Source of the DNA: Nitrososphaerales archaeon
Lineage (GTDB): Archaea > Thermoproteota > Nitrososphaeria > Nitrososphaerales > UBA213
Length of the DNA stretch: 64,000 bases
Reading direction: 5' to 3'
NCBI GenBank assembly: GCA_965197925.1
Contig: CBDAOC010000020.1
Coordinates: forward strand, 352,001 to 416,000
This document shows positions 32,708-43,473 of this stretch, piece after piece. Made by a program: the position numbers and the translations under genes. Position 1 is the first letter of the stretch, and each line of letters begins with the position of its first letter. A model generated the notes under the pieces. The model saw nothing but the letters and a program-made list of their open reading frames with translations, made no database searches and was not told where the DNA came from.

Positions 32708-34822
32708 GTGGCTATAGCCAAGTTATTGAAGGCAACGTTGATTCTTCCCAGAACTGAAGTTGTGCAGGCAGCGAGTAGCCTCACCGAGCTAGATTTGTTT
32801 CATGCTTTGCCAAAAGGTTCTGATTACATTAACGTAGAACTCGACAACTTGTTGTTAAGAGCCCAGAAGTTATTTCAGTCAATCGATGAAGTTGTAAGTG
32901 CACTTAACATTCCTCTAGAAAGTGGTGTGATAGCTACTTTGTTTCAGGGAGTACAGAAGACTAAAACTCAGTATATTGTAGAAGATATTGGAAATCTTGT
33001 TTCCGATATTGAATCCAAATCGAAAACAATAGTGGAAGAGGCCAGAACAATTCTAAACGAATATGGTTCTGTCAAAAGGTCGCTAGAGGAGGATGGAACA
33101 TACCTAGAAGTATTCAGAATTTCATCAAGCCTAAGCATTGAACTTTCAAAAATCAACAGGTTGAAGAGGTTCGACATTAACATGTTTATGGTAAATGCTG
33201 AGGATGTACAGGAAATAGAAAGAACTCTCCACGATCTGGTAATAATAAAGATGCGCTTGAACGAAATGAAGATTGCATTAGTCATAATTGGAACCAAGGA
33301 TGAGTCTGAGAGGATAGGTAAAGTTCTGAGAAGTTTCGATGTACACCCGTTTGTCATCCCCCCGCATTTACCTCAAAACCCTAACCTTGCTTATAGACAC
33401 TTAGAGCAGAAGTTCAAGGAAATGAAAATAAAGAAAAGTGAATTGGAAGGAAGTATTAAAGAGCTTAGGCTAAATTTATCGACAAAACTTTTATCCTTTC
33501 GTGAAGGCTTGAGAGTTGCGAAGGATATTTTAGAAACAATGAGAAAACCTGATGGTACCAGAAATTTTGCGATATTTCAAGGCTATATACCAAGCACACT
33601 GGAAAACAAGATGAAGGAGTTAGCAAAAGATTGGGTGTGCATAATAGACGAGGCGAAGGAAAATGATGAAGGGGGTCCTCAAGAGGAACTACCTTCCCTC
33701 CTTATAAACAGTCGATATGTAAAAACCTTTGAAGTTATAACAACAACCCAAGGTGTACCAAGATATACAGAGACAGATCCCACACCTATGATTGCGTTTG
33801 TCTGGCCACTTTTTTATGGGCTAATGTTTGGCGACCTTGGTCATGGTTTGCTGCTTTTTGGGTTTGGTATGTTACTTAGAAATCGAGGAGTTGGAAGCGT
33901 CAGAACGTGGGGCACATTACTATCGGCAAGTGGTGCGGCTGCAAGTATTGCTGGTCTGATAACAGGAGAATTCTTTGGCTGGCACATACATGAGGTTGTA
34001 GTTCTAGACATATTGAGCGCTATACCATTCATAGGAATTCTGCGAGTTTCCGAACTTTCTTTTGATCAGGTGATATTACTTCTTAAAATCTCTATTGCCA
34101 TTGGTATAATTCACCTTATCAGTGCCTTCTTTTTGAATATACTTAGAAATCTCAGACAAGGTAGGAAAATTGAGGTTTATCTGTATAACGTACCAATACT
34201 GGTTATGTACTGTACTGTTATCGCGCTAATACTTGCGGCTATAGGATCTGGATACGATATAATCGGAATGTTTGGCGTGACCGACCGTACACATGATGAA
34301 GCAGTGCCATGGATAACGTTCGTTGTTGGGTCATGGGCAACGGTAGAGATCATTGCAAAAATTTCAGTACCGGTATTGTTTGGATGCATGACATTAATAG
34401 TAATAGGTCATATGATTGAAGAAAAGCGGCGGAAAGCACATGGGTTAGGAACAGAATCTGCTGGCATTATGGGTGTTGTAATCGAATTATTAATGGTAAG
34501 AACCATGGAGCTACTCTCACACACGATAAGCTACAGCAGATTGGGTATAATGCTACTTGTACATGTAGCGCTATTGGTTACCATCAATGATGCATATAAA
34601 TACAGTATAATTAAGGGCGATTTTGGTATTGCACTGGCTCTACTCATTGGTGGAAATATTGGAATCATAATGATCGAGGGTCTTATAGTCTATATACAGG
34701 CAATAAGGTTACACCTTTATGAATGGTTCCCCAAGTGGTATGAGGGAAGTGGTATAGACTTCAAAAAGATCGTACCACAAATGGTATATTCAAGTATTCT
34801 TTGGAAGAGGCAGAAGAAATAG
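32708..34822 (+). CDS. atpI: A/V-type ATP synthase subunit I (a)
   Basis: P.Y.E.DPTP, FYGLMFGDLGHG, SHTISYSRL, IQAIRLHLYEWF.KWY. Confidence 0.95.
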   Translation: MAIAKLLKATLILPRTEVVQAASSLTELDLFHALPKGSDYINVELDNLLLRAQKLFQSIDEVVSALNIPLESGVIATLFQGVQKTKTQYIVEDIGNLVSDIESKSKTIVEEARTILNEYGSVKRSLEEDGTYLEVFRISSSLSIELSKINRLKRFDINMFMVNAEDVQEIERTLHDLVIIKMRLNEMKIALVIIGTKDESERIGKVLRSFDVHPFVIPPHLPQNPNLAYRHLEQKFKEMKIKKSELEGSIKELRLNLSTKLLSFREGLRVAKDILETMRKPDGTRNFAIFQGYIPSTLENKMKELAKDWVCIIDEAKENDEGGPQEELPSLLINSRYVKTFEVITTTQGVPRYTETDPTPMIAFVWPLFYGLMFGDLGHGLLLFGFGMLLRNRGVGSVRTWGTLLSASGAAASIAGLITGEFFGWHIHEVVVLDILSAIPFIGILRVSELSFDQVILLLKISIAIGIIHLISAFFLNILRNLRQGRKIEVYLYNVPILVMYCTVIALILAAIGSGYDIIGMFGVTDRTHDEAVPWITFVVGSWATVEIIAKISVPVLFGCMTLIVIGHMIEEKRRKAHGLGTESAGIMGVVIELLMVRTMELLSHTISYSRLGIMLLVHVALLVTINDAYKYSIIKGDFGIALALLIGGNIGIIMIEGLIVYIQAIRLHLYEWFPKWYEGSGIDFKKIVPQMVYSSILWKRQKK

Positions 34823-34826
34823 AATT

Positions 34827-35876
34827 TTATTCTGGCAGCAAAAGTATTGACATTGTAATATCCGTAGATACTTTCTGTTCAATGGCGGATGTGATTGATG
34901 CAAGGTTCCTTACTTCTATCATTTTTAGCTTTACAGCAGAGATCATAGTGCTATAACTAAACATCATTCTGAATGCCCTTAAATATCTTCTTAATAACAC
35001 CCTATCAAAGGACCTTTCAAGTAGTGCAATTGTTTCTATATCATTAGTAAAATGTGGTAATATGTCTTTATAAACGGTATTTCGAAGTTCGGATATAGCG
35101 TCGCTAACATTTCCAGCATTTATCATCTTCTGAATTATGTCTTCAGTAACTGTAGAAGTAGCTTCAACTACAATCTCCCTTATCTGCTGTTCATTGAGAC
35201 CCCAGAACTTGGATCGTAGAACGCTCAAAATATTATAACGATCTATTTCTGGTATTACTATTGCCTTCACACCGGTTTCTTTGCCCGAAGTTGCAAGCCC
35301 CTTTACAAGTCGCTTATAAAATACGTAATCAAGCAATGTATCGAATATCTGCACATCTCCTTTTTCTTTGAAAATTTTAGTAGCTTTTTGTGCAATTTCA
35401 CCAAATTCACTGTCAGCCAATGTGGATGACGCTTCTTCAAGATCTTTTGCAACCAATGCCTTAACAACTATATCGCGCCTACCTAATAGTTCCTCTGCAC
35501 GCAGGTTTATGTGCCTTAAGATCTCCTCGTATAGCTTATTTGATGCCTTGCCTTTTAAAATAATTTTAAGATTCCATATGATATAACGCATGAAATATGC
35601 GTGTGTCACGTCTGAACCTCCAGTTATTTTAGCCATACCAGCATGGAAGTTAACAAGGTCTTCTTTCAGAAGGTTTTCTACACTTTCTGATGTATATGGT
35701 TTTTGTAATTTGGAGACAGTGTTGAGGTAAATTGTGTTCTTTATCCTGGTAACAAATTCGTCCATATCCCTAGATTCTGCTAACATCTGCAGGGTATCTC
35801 TGGAAAGTATATTACCCTTGGCAGTGAAGGATTTCACTGATCCAAATATTTTATGGGGCATACTCACACGTGTCAA
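34827..35876 (-). CDS. atpC: A/V-type ATP synthase subunit C (AC39 family)
   Basis: NLKIILKGK, EIDRYNILSVLRSK, EVRNL; convergent with atpI. Confidence 0.85.
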   Translation of the reverse strand: MTRVSMPHKIFGSVKSFTAKGNILSRDTLQMLAESRDMDEFVTRIKNTIYLNTVSKLQKPYTSESVENLLKEDLVNFHAGMAKITGGSDVTHAYFMRYIIWNLKIILKGKASNKLYEEILRHINLRAEELLGRRDIVVKALVAKDLEEASSTLADSEFGEIAQKATKIFKEKGDVQIFDTLLDYVFYKRLVKGLATSGKETGVKAIVIPEIDRYNILSVLRSKFWGLNEQQIREIVVEATSTVTEDIIQKMINAGNVSDAISELRNTVYKDILPHFTNDIETIALLERSFDRVLLRRYLRAFRMMFSYSTMISAVKLKMIEVRNLASITSAIEQKVSTDITMSILLLPE

Positions 35877-36371
35877 TGCAATTAACCAGTCCGTTTAGAG
35901 TATAAAATTTCCGCGTTATTATAATAAATTAGGCTTGCTTGAAAACTCACTTGAAAAGTTTCCATTGCTTTGCTTATGTTGTGAAGCAAACCTCGCATAA
36001 TGAATAGAAAATGTTTCAAATACTTCATCATAGGTATTTGTCTACATCTATTCTTGTAGATTCGATAGTTATATTAAGATATTGTATAATAATATCGGAT
36101 CTTTAGGATGTTCTCCTGTAATTCAACTGATGGTGAAGATTCTTCTAGTTAGCTAGTAGTATATGGGTTATCCAACTTTCAGCAATTATGATATTTATCC
36201 CAAAGAAAATGGGGAGTGGATCTCCTATGAGTGAAAAAGATAAGGCGGAACCAGTGAGACACAACTTCGCCGGTTAGAATATTGTGTTAGGTTCTACTAA
36301 TGAACCCCTAATGCAACATACATGAAGTATAGTGACAATGAATTATCTCGATCTTAGGGGCTTATCTAATG

Positions 36372-36830
36372 CTAGTAGATCAATTTAGTAATATCTAAAG
36401 TTCTTGTGCAATACCTACACCTTAATAATGGATTTGCCTCATCTGTGACATCTATTATAGGTTTGATCTCTTCCTTGCTGTTAGTAATACATCTTGGGTT
36501 CAAACATCTGAAAATGTCTATGAATGCTGCTGGGAGCTTGACCTTTCTCTTTTCTATAACCTTGTAATCCCGTATTATGTTAATGGTAGCTTCTGGAGCC
36601 AGCAACGCTAGCTTATTGGTCTCTCCAGGTTCAAGGAGCTTATTCTCAACTTTAATTATATCCTTGGTCTCAAGTTTACTGCTCGGTACATTCAAGGCTG
36701 CTGTAATAACATTACCCTCTTTCCCAGTAATATTCAGGGCTTTAAGAACAACGAAAGCCATTCCAGGCTTTATGTGGTCTATGACAGTGCCTCCTTTAAT
36801 TCTCCGGACGAGAAGTTGAGCCTCAGACAT
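36372..36830 (-). CDS. pyrI: Aspartate carbamoyltransferase regulatory subunit
   Basis: GTVIDHI, KDIIKVE, CLNPRCIT...CRYC Zn site. Confidence 0.95.
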   Translation of the reverse strand: MSEAQLLVRRIKGGTVIDHIKPGMAFVVLKALNITGKEGNVITAALNVPSSKLETKDIIKVENKLLEPGETNKLALLAPEATINIIRDYKVIEKRKVKLPAAFIDIFRCLNPRCITNSKEEIKPIIDVTDEANPLLRCRYCTRTLDITKLIY

Positions 36831-36877
36831 GAGAATACTTTGTATATGTCCGTTTATAATGATATTGTCGTGGTTAA

Positions 36878-37807
36878 ATGAACAATCGATTTTATGGCGT
36901 GGATATAGTTTCGATAAAGGATTTTAGCAAGAAAGAGCTTGACTTCTTGTTCAAATCTACAAATAAAATACAAAATATGCATCAAAACGAAAAAAGAGAG
37001 CTTGCTAGAGGAAGAATATTGGGTTATCTTTTCTTTGAGCCAAGTACAAGAACAAGATTGAGCTTCGAAGCAGCGATGGCGAGTATAGGTGGTAGTTCCA
37101 TTGGAATTACGGACGCAAAATCATCATCCATAGAAAAGGGAGAAAGTTTAACCGACACTGTTAGAGTAATTGATCAATATTCAGATGTAATTGTGCTAAG
37201 GAATCCATTGGATGGATCAAGTAGATATGCTGCGGAGATTGCAGAAAAACCTGTTATAAATGCAGGAAGTGGAACGGAGGAGCATCCAACTCAAGCAATG
37301 CTTGATCTCTATACAATATGGAAAGAAAAGGAAGGAATAGATGGATTAAAAATCGGAATTGTAGGAGATCTAAAATATGGTAGAACTGTATACTCGCTGA
37401 TTTACGGTTTATCTAATTACAAAGTTGAAATTTATCTGATTGCGCCATCATTGTTAAGGATAAGGGCAGAATTGATCCAAGAAATGAAACATAAGATCAG
37501 AATAGAGGAACATGGTGTTTTGAATGATGTTTTGAAGAACCTTGATGTTGTGTATGTTACGAGGATACAAAAGGAGCGGTTCCCTGATATTCTGGAGTAT
37601 GAAAAGGTTAGAGGAAGTTATACCATTAATGCCAAAATACTAGAAGGTGCAAAGAGTGATGTTATCGTGATGCATCCTTTGCCTCGGTTAGAAGAAGTAG
37701 ATCGTGATATTGATTATACTTTAAAGGCTAAATATTTTAAGCAGGTGAATTACGGAAAGGATTTAAGGGCAGCATTGCTTACATTAATCCTAAACAAAGG
37801 ATTTTAA
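36878..37807 (+). CDS. pyrB: Aspartate carbamoyltransferase catalytic subunit
   Basis: FFEPSTRTRLSF, HPTQAMLD, GDLKYGRTV, YVTRIQKER, MHPLPR. Confidence 0.97.
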   Translation: MNNRFYGVDIVSIKDFSKKELDFLFKSTNKIQNMHQNEKRELARGRILGYLFFEPSTRTRLSFEAAMASIGGSSIGITDAKSSSIEKGESLTDTVRVIDQYSDVIVLRNPLDGSSRYAAEIAEKPVINAGSGTEEHPTQAMLDLYTIWKEKEGIDGLKIGIVGDLKYGRTVYSLIYGLSNYKVEIYLIAPSLLRIRAELIQEMKHKIRIEEHGVLNDVLKNLDVVYVTRIQKERFPDILEYEKVRGSYTINAKILEGAKSDVIVMHPLPRLEEVDRDIDYTLKAKYFKQVNYGKDLRAALLTLILNKGF

Positions 37808-37832
37808 AGGAAAAGGTAGGAATTTTTATATA

Positions 37833-40487
37833 TTAACCAGAAACGCAGCTACTCCAGCCGCATTCTATACAACAGTTGCACCCTTCCAGAAACACCATTC
37901 TGCCATCGCAAACAGGACAGGGATCTTTTTCGGTTTGCTTGTGTGGAATCAAAGGATGGGCTGGATCGTCACGTTCGCTCTTTGGTCTAATTATTTTTAC
38001 AACCTCGCCGTATACGAACTCGTCCTTGATGTTATTCGTTACATAATTGACAACGTATTCGCTTGGTAAGACCTCGAAATTCTTTTCCTTTGAGTCGCTA
38101 GTTATGTGCAAAACTTGCTCGTGCCTAGAACCATCTCTGTACACAGTTACACCTTTCAAGTCTAATTCATGTGCGAGTAAGTAGGAACATTTTACATCCT
38201 CTGCCGTCACATCATCTGGCATATTTATCGTCTTGGCAATTGCGTTGCTTATCCATCTTTGCCACACAGCTTGGGCCATCAGATGATCTGCCCAGTGCAT
38301 ATCCATAGCAGTAACAAAGATGTTTTGCATCCAATCAGGAATTCCATCAAGACCCTTTATAGATCCATAATTGGCAGATATTTTCTCAAGGAGTTCGTCA
38401 CTGTACAGTCCATGCTCCCTTAGTGTATTTTCAAATATCTTGTTGGTGTAGAAGAATCTACCAACTGTTACCCTCTTCTCGAATACCAGCGCAAACATTG
38501 GCTCAACACCATTTGAGCAATTGGCAATCATTGAAAGCGTTCCCGTTGGTGCAATAGTAGTAGTCTGTGAGTTTCTAATTCCAAAACGCATTATTTTGTC
38601 AATTAGTGAATCCCAATCGTATGAATGTTGATTCTTTGACAATTCGTAATAGCCTGAAATAGGTAACTTGCCATACACGTAGTCCGAATCGTTGAACATT
38701 GGAAATGACCCACGATTTCTTGCTATCTCAACACTCTCCTCCATACTGTAGTATGACAACGCTTCAGCAAGTCTTGCAGAAAATTCATATCCTTCTTTAG
38801 AATTGTATGGAATCTTTAGTTTAAACAGAAGATCTGCAAGCCCCATTATACCCAAACCAATTCTCCTAGAAAGTTTAGAAGCAATGTCAATCTCAGTTAC
38901 CGGATATTTGTTTGCATCTATTATGTTGTCAAGAAACCTTGTAGACAACCTCACCACTTGTTCATACCTTTGCCAGTCGAATTCAAATTCTCCATCTGCT
39001 CTTCGCTTTGCAAGATTTGCTAGATTAATCGAGCCAAGGTTGCATGATTCGTAGGGGTAAAGACTTTGTTCACCGCATGGATTTGTAGCTCTGATAAATC
39101 CTTGTGCCCTAGTCATCACGTTGTACTTATTCATATTGTCGAAGAACAGAATGCCTGGTTCTGCGCTTTTCCATGCACTTAATGCAATAAGATCAATCAT
39201 ATGATTAGCGTCAATGTGTTTTACAATGGAACCAGTTCTCGGATTTCTTAACGGATATTTCGTCTTGTTTTTCATTGCGTCCCAGAAATCCTCCCAAATG
39301 CCAATACTGACATTAAAGTTCTCAAAGACCCCAGGTGTAGTCTTAGAAGTAACGAATTTTTCAATGTCAGGATGCCATACTTCTAGTATTCCCATGTTAG
39401 CACCCCTCCTTTTACCTCCTTGCTTCACAACATCTGTTACGGTATCGATTATACGCATAAACGATGTTGGTCCGGATGCAACTCCTGACGTGGAAGCAAC
39501 ATTATCGCCCTCTGGTCTCAGATCTGAATAATTAATCCCTACTCCTCCACCAGATTTAAAAATCAATGCTGCGTCAGTAGATGATTTCATTATGTTGAAC
39601 ATATCATCCTTCATCTCAAGCACAAAGCAGGCTGAGAGCTGTCCCAACCTAGCACCTGCATTCATCATTGTTGGAGAATTAGGTAGGAAGTTCTTATCAA
39701 TCATCAACTCAATGTAGTCGTCGATGTGCTCTGCATACTCATCGAATTTACCATCTTCGAGCATCTGCAACAATTCTAGGATTGTTACTTTCATCTGACC
39801 ATGCGCTGATAGAACCTTGTAGATCATTAGCAAAGATTCGACATGCCATTTATTCAAAATATAGGATCCAATCTTGTACTTATTATCTAAATCATTTATT
39901 TGCTGCAGGTGCTCGGTGATCTCATCAATATTCTGCTTTATGCCTGAATTAAGACCAAATATTCTTTGATCCCGCATCATGTCTGGGAGTGCAACAATGA
40001 TGGCAACACGTTCAAACAGCTTTTTAGGTCCTTCTACGAATCTTCCATTTTCATCCTTTAATAAGTATCTGGATGCGAGCACACGCAGGGAGTTTACATC
40101 AAGAACCTTGTCAACATCGTCCAGTGAAGTTCGCTCAAGAACCTTCATCTTCTCCTCTCTTATCTTGCGCCTTTCATGCCTGTAAAGGATAAATGCCTTA
40201 GCTGTTTCAGATAGGCCTTGCTCTATTAGCACAGATTCTACCATATCTTGGATATCTTCTACGCTGGGTGAATTATTTTCATCACATCCTTGCTTTGCCA
40301 ACTTTTGCAATACTTTAACAACCAACTTTTCCGCCAACGGATAATCGGCTCTATTGGTAGCGACCAATGCTTTGTAAATTGCGCTTGAAATTTTTGAACT
40401 CTGAAAATCTACAATCCTACCATCTCGTTTCTTAATTTTACTAATTAAACTAGATAAATCATTTGAAATATCCGCAGTTCCCGCCAT
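37833..40487 (-). CDS. nrdJ: Class II adenosylcobalamin-dependent ribonucleotide reductase with N-terminal ATP cone
   Basis: IKKRDG ATP cone, PNSPTMMNAG, QLSACFV, TNPCGEQ, CNLGSIN, TIAPTGT, C-terminal EGC..C..CG.S.C. Confidence 0.95.
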   Translation of the reverse strand: MAGTADISNDLSSLISKIKKRDGRIVDFQSSKISSAIYKALVATNRADYPLAEKLVVKVLQKLAKQGCDENNSPSVEDIQDMVESVLIEQGLSETAKAFILYRHERRKIREEKMKVLERTSLDDVDKVLDVNSLRVLASRYLLKDENGRFVEGPKKLFERVAIIVALPDMMRDQRIFGLNSGIKQNIDEITEHLQQINDLDNKYKIGSYILNKWHVESLLMIYKVLSAHGQMKVTILELLQMLEDGKFDEYAEHIDDYIELMIDKNFLPNSPTMMNAGARLGQLSACFVLEMKDDMFNIMKSSTDAALIFKSGGGVGINYSDLRPEGDNVASTSGVASGPTSFMRIIDTVTDVVKQGGKRRGANMGILEVWHPDIEKFVTSKTTPGVFENFNVSIGIWEDFWDAMKNKTKYPLRNPRTGSIVKHIDANHMIDLIALSAWKSAEPGILFFDNMNKYNVMTRAQGFIRATNPCGEQSLYPYESCNLGSINLANLAKRRADGEFEFDWQRYEQVVRLSTRFLDNIIDANKYPVTEIDIASKLSRRIGLGIMGLADLLFKLKIPYNSKEGYEFSARLAEALSYYSMEESVEIARNRGSFPMFNDSDYVYGKLPISGYYELSKNQHSYDWDSLIDKIMRFGIRNSQTTTIAPTGTLSMIANCSNGVEPMFALVFEKRVTVGRFFYTNKIFENTLREHGLYSDELLEKISANYGSIKGLDGIPDWMQNIFVTAMDMHWADHLMAQAVWQRWISNAIAKTINMPDDVTAEDVKCSYLLAHELDLKGVTVYRDGSRHEQVLHITSDSKEKNFEVLPSEYVVNYVTNNIKDEFVYGEVVKIIRPKSERDDPAHPLIPHKQTEKDPCPVCDGRMVFLEGCNCCIECGWSSCVSG

Positions 40488-40580
40488 CCCCTCTTACTTC
40501 GAAGAGCTGGTAATATTAAATCTTGCTAGTTCTCATGCGTCCTTAATAGTTAAGAAAAATTGTTGTTCTCTTTGGAAAAC

Positions 40581-42683
40581 TTACTGCGTTCGAAACACAT
40601 GTGGCGATTTGCACGCGATACATCTGTTAATTATGTCCATACTTTTTTGTCCGCAGTTACCACAAATATACACATTCACCCTTGGTCTGAAAAATGTTAG
40701 CAAATCCGCCCCACTTTCAATAGCAGCCTTTACATCAATATCATTCATAGAATTGTTTATATCCATAATTACAGAAATGCCGCCGGTGAAGAGTTTTTCC
40801 ATTAGATTGCATTCCATTATTACCGCTGATTCCTTCTCCATTTTGAGGACATCGTCGGCAGAAATAACTATTCCCTGCGAATATAGGCTTTCGATATTGG
40901 TCTGAGAAGTCTTTCCGTACCTTTCTATGTCCAAAGCTGCAAACCTTGAGCCGCTGTCATCTGTAATCATCGATACCCCTACGTCATCCCCACTTTGTTT
41001 ACCCTTTTCAAATGCAACGTCTACTGATGTTTTAATGACCTTCTGAAGGACATCGATGTAAGTGTTGTCTTCGTGACGCAGAATCTTTGCAACAGACCCT
41101 TGTAAACCGGTCAAGTTTACAAACAGATTTGTGCTACCCCTCTGCATAAACTGTGTGCTATTTGCTATTGCCGGTATCAATCCTTTCCTAGTGAGATCAG
41201 TCAGTGCCTTTTTGCGAATGGAAAGCGCTGTAACCGTAGGCCTAATCAGAAGAGCAAGTCTTGCCCTAAAATAAGTTTCATCCTTATTTGAATCGTATGC
41301 TAGTCTGGGTAGATTGATCGTTAACGATTGTAGACAAATAATAGTGCTTGACGTTGGTCCTTTAAGATTCTTGGAAATTCCAGTACAGTTCCTAACATGA
41401 TTTGAATCACCTGTTAGTGTTATCAAACCCCCCGTCCGAACTATGGAAGCTATTCTATCTGCATAGTCATTTACGGTACTATTGCTATATGATAAATTTA
41501 GTCCAATTCTTGGTATTGGGGTTGCATAAACATAAGTTTCATATCCTTCAAGTAATGCATCGACCTGTTTTTTATCCGCATCATCAATCGCAAGATTCAA
41601 TGATGTGATTGGGTGTCTTTGGGTATAGGAAGTAGTGCTAGAGCCAATTAATAGAGCCTTTGCAAACTTGTTCGCTAGTGAGCCATCAAATTCGTACTTC
41701 CCAAGTAGAGGTATTATTCCATCTACGCATATTTCAGTGGAAATTTCCCTGCTTAGCAAATGATTCAATATTACAAAAGAATTACAAAAGTCATCTACAC
41801 TCTTAACAGAACCTATCCTCGATACGCCCAGATATTTGCCATTCAGGCTAATTCCCTCCTCTACAAGTTCATTGAACTCAATGAATATAGAATCAGGTAT
41901 TAGCCCCCACATGCCAGGGTTGGAAATATTTATGTCACCGGAGAGATGCGAGTCTGCAATATCCTTAGGTAGTACGTTGAAAATCAAGTATTCTGAAAAC
42001 AAATTCTGTGCAGTCTTCACAACCAGACTTTCGATGCCGTTGTTGAGCTCATCCACGTTATTTATCATCTGTATCACATCAAACACTGGCATGCCTATAC
42101 GTGCAAGTTTATTTCTATACTCGTCATGCCCGTGTTCAGTCAGAACTGAATTAACCATCTCCCTTATCAGAGGCGTAGTCAAATATGCAGTCTGGAACTT
42201 GTAGATCTTGTTTTCGACCTCTTCAGTTATCTTTTGCGCAAGTTCCAATGGAACATTGGCTTCCCTTACTAAAGACTGAATAATCTTATGAGAATTAAAT
42301 TCTTCAATAGACTGATTAGTGGTTCTAACATACATCTTTCCACTCTCAATTATGGAGCGTTCCTCGATCTGCCTAGCAAGGCTAAGAACCAATTTTCCCA
42401 AATTGGTTATTGTATAACGCCTTTCAGCCTTATTCAAGGCAACTAAAGACTGTCGAAGCAATTTGCGTAAATGATAAGCAAACTTTCCACTCTCCTTCTT
42501 TGACTTGAAACCTGCTAATGCCTTTAATTCCGAATAGGTCAGAGGACCCTTGGAATTTAATATGCGTAATATGTCAATCCTATTCGGACTTGCCATTACA
42601 GAAAAGATCATTCTTACCCGTTTGGAAGCTGAATGGAGAACATCTCCCTTCTTCGACTCTACGTAATCACTACTCATTACCAT
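40581..42683 (-). CDS. ArsR-like HTH + ATP cone + degenerate class III RNR (NrdD-like) barrel + Zn finger
   Basis: N-terminal SPNRIDILRIL...YSELK...FAYHLRKL wHTH; VRTT...F...KIIQSLVRE...LIREMVN ATP cone; ADSHLSGDI; INLPRLA; CGNCG...CIAC; no RxxGY. Confidence 0.8.
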   Translation of the reverse strand: MVMSSDYVESKKGDVLHSASKRVRMIFSVMASPNRIDILRILNSKGPLTYSELKALAGFKSKKESGKFAYHLRKLLRQSLVALNKAERRYTITNLGKLVLSLARQIEERSIIESGKMYVRTTNQSIEEFNSHKIIQSLVREANVPLELAQKITEEVENKIYKFQTAYLTTPLIREMVNSVLTEHGHDEYRNKLARIGMPVFDVIQMINNVDELNNGIESLVVKTAQNLFSEYLIFNVLPKDIADSHLSGDINISNPGMWGLIPDSIFIEFNELVEEGISLNGKYLGVSRIGSVKSVDDFCNSFVILNHLLSREISTEICVDGIIPLLGKYEFDGSLANKFAKALLIGSSTTSYTQRHPITSLNLAIDDADKKQVDALLEGYETYVYATPIPRIGLNLSYSNSTVNDYADRIASIVRTGGLITLTGDSNHVRNCTGISKNLKGPTSSTIICLQSLTINLPRLAYDSNKDETYFRARLALLIRPTVTALSIRKKALTDLTRKGLIPAIANSTQFMQRGSTNLFVNLTGLQGSVAKILRHEDNTYIDVLQKVIKTSVDVAFEKGKQSGDDVGVSMITDDSGSRFAALDIERYGKTSQTNIESLYSQGIVISADDVLKMEKESAVIMECNLMEKLFTGGISVIMDINNSMNDIDVKAAIESGADLLTFFRPRVNVYICGNCGQKSMDIINRCIACKSPHVFRTQ

Positions 42684-42815
42684 TTATCCTCTTTATTATT
42701 TTTCTTTGATTAAAGTCACTTTGTAAAAAATCTTTAGCTATATTGGATAATAAGTTTATCTGTTTCAAGATTAAACGCGGCGAGCATCCATAATTTCTAA
42801 TAAATGAATAAAAAA

Positions 42816-43380
42816 CTACTCGTTTACAAGCATTATTTTCTCTTGTCTGATTCTCGATAGTGTAGGAATTTTTTCCATGCGTACCTCCAGGACTCTGATA
42901 TCCTCTTCCAGTATCTCTAAAATTGTGTCAGTAACGATTTTTTCACTAATTTCTTTTTCTATATTAAGTTCTGAAAGGGTGCCTGAGAGGGTATTAGATA
43001 AATTGGCAAATACCAATTTGGCAATAGGCATAATCTTACGAAGATCATGCTTAACATCATTTAAACTTCTGACTGTTGACTTCAAGGTAGTGTAAGATTC
43101 CTCATAATCCTTCAGAGTATCTATTCTTTGAGAAAGAGTTTCAAAAATGACCTTAAGATCTCTCAACATTCTACAGACTTTTCTGATGACCGTCAGCTCC
43201 TTTGTGAGTGTGTTTACATGAGTCCAGTTACCCCTGAACAGGTCTACCAATATCTGTTCCTGTAGATGCTCCTCAACTTCATTTAGCCTTACTTCTATAG
43301 ATAAAAGCTTGAGAGTCTTTTTGCGTATTGTATTACCCGCTTTCCTTAAACCATGATTGAAATATTGTTCGTCTCTGCAT
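42816..43380 (-). pseudogene. Divergent CdvB/ESCRT-III (Snf7)-like gene, apparently frameshifted near its 5' end
   Basis: KELTVIRKV..ML...FETLSQRIDTL...L..IMP.A...ILEE resembles the Snf7 core; the frame extends upstream to about 43345, and MQRRTIFQSWFKE (ATG 43380) is in another frame. Confidence 0.6.
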
Positions 43381-43473
43381 TATAAGAAAATGGAACATGT
43401 TTATGGTAAGGTTGATAGCTTGCTTTCGTCTACAATTAACTACATTTGATTTACCCGCGTAAATATAAGTGTA

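Noticed and set aside
35880..36370. Missing atpF or an ncRNA in the atpC-pyrI spacer
   Set aside because: No AtpF-like frame, tRNA cloverleaf or convincing structured-RNA signature was found.
27266..40487. Inteins in AtpA or NrdJ
   Set aside because: Lengths are ordinary, and no C...HN splice junctions or LAGLIDADG motifs were seen.
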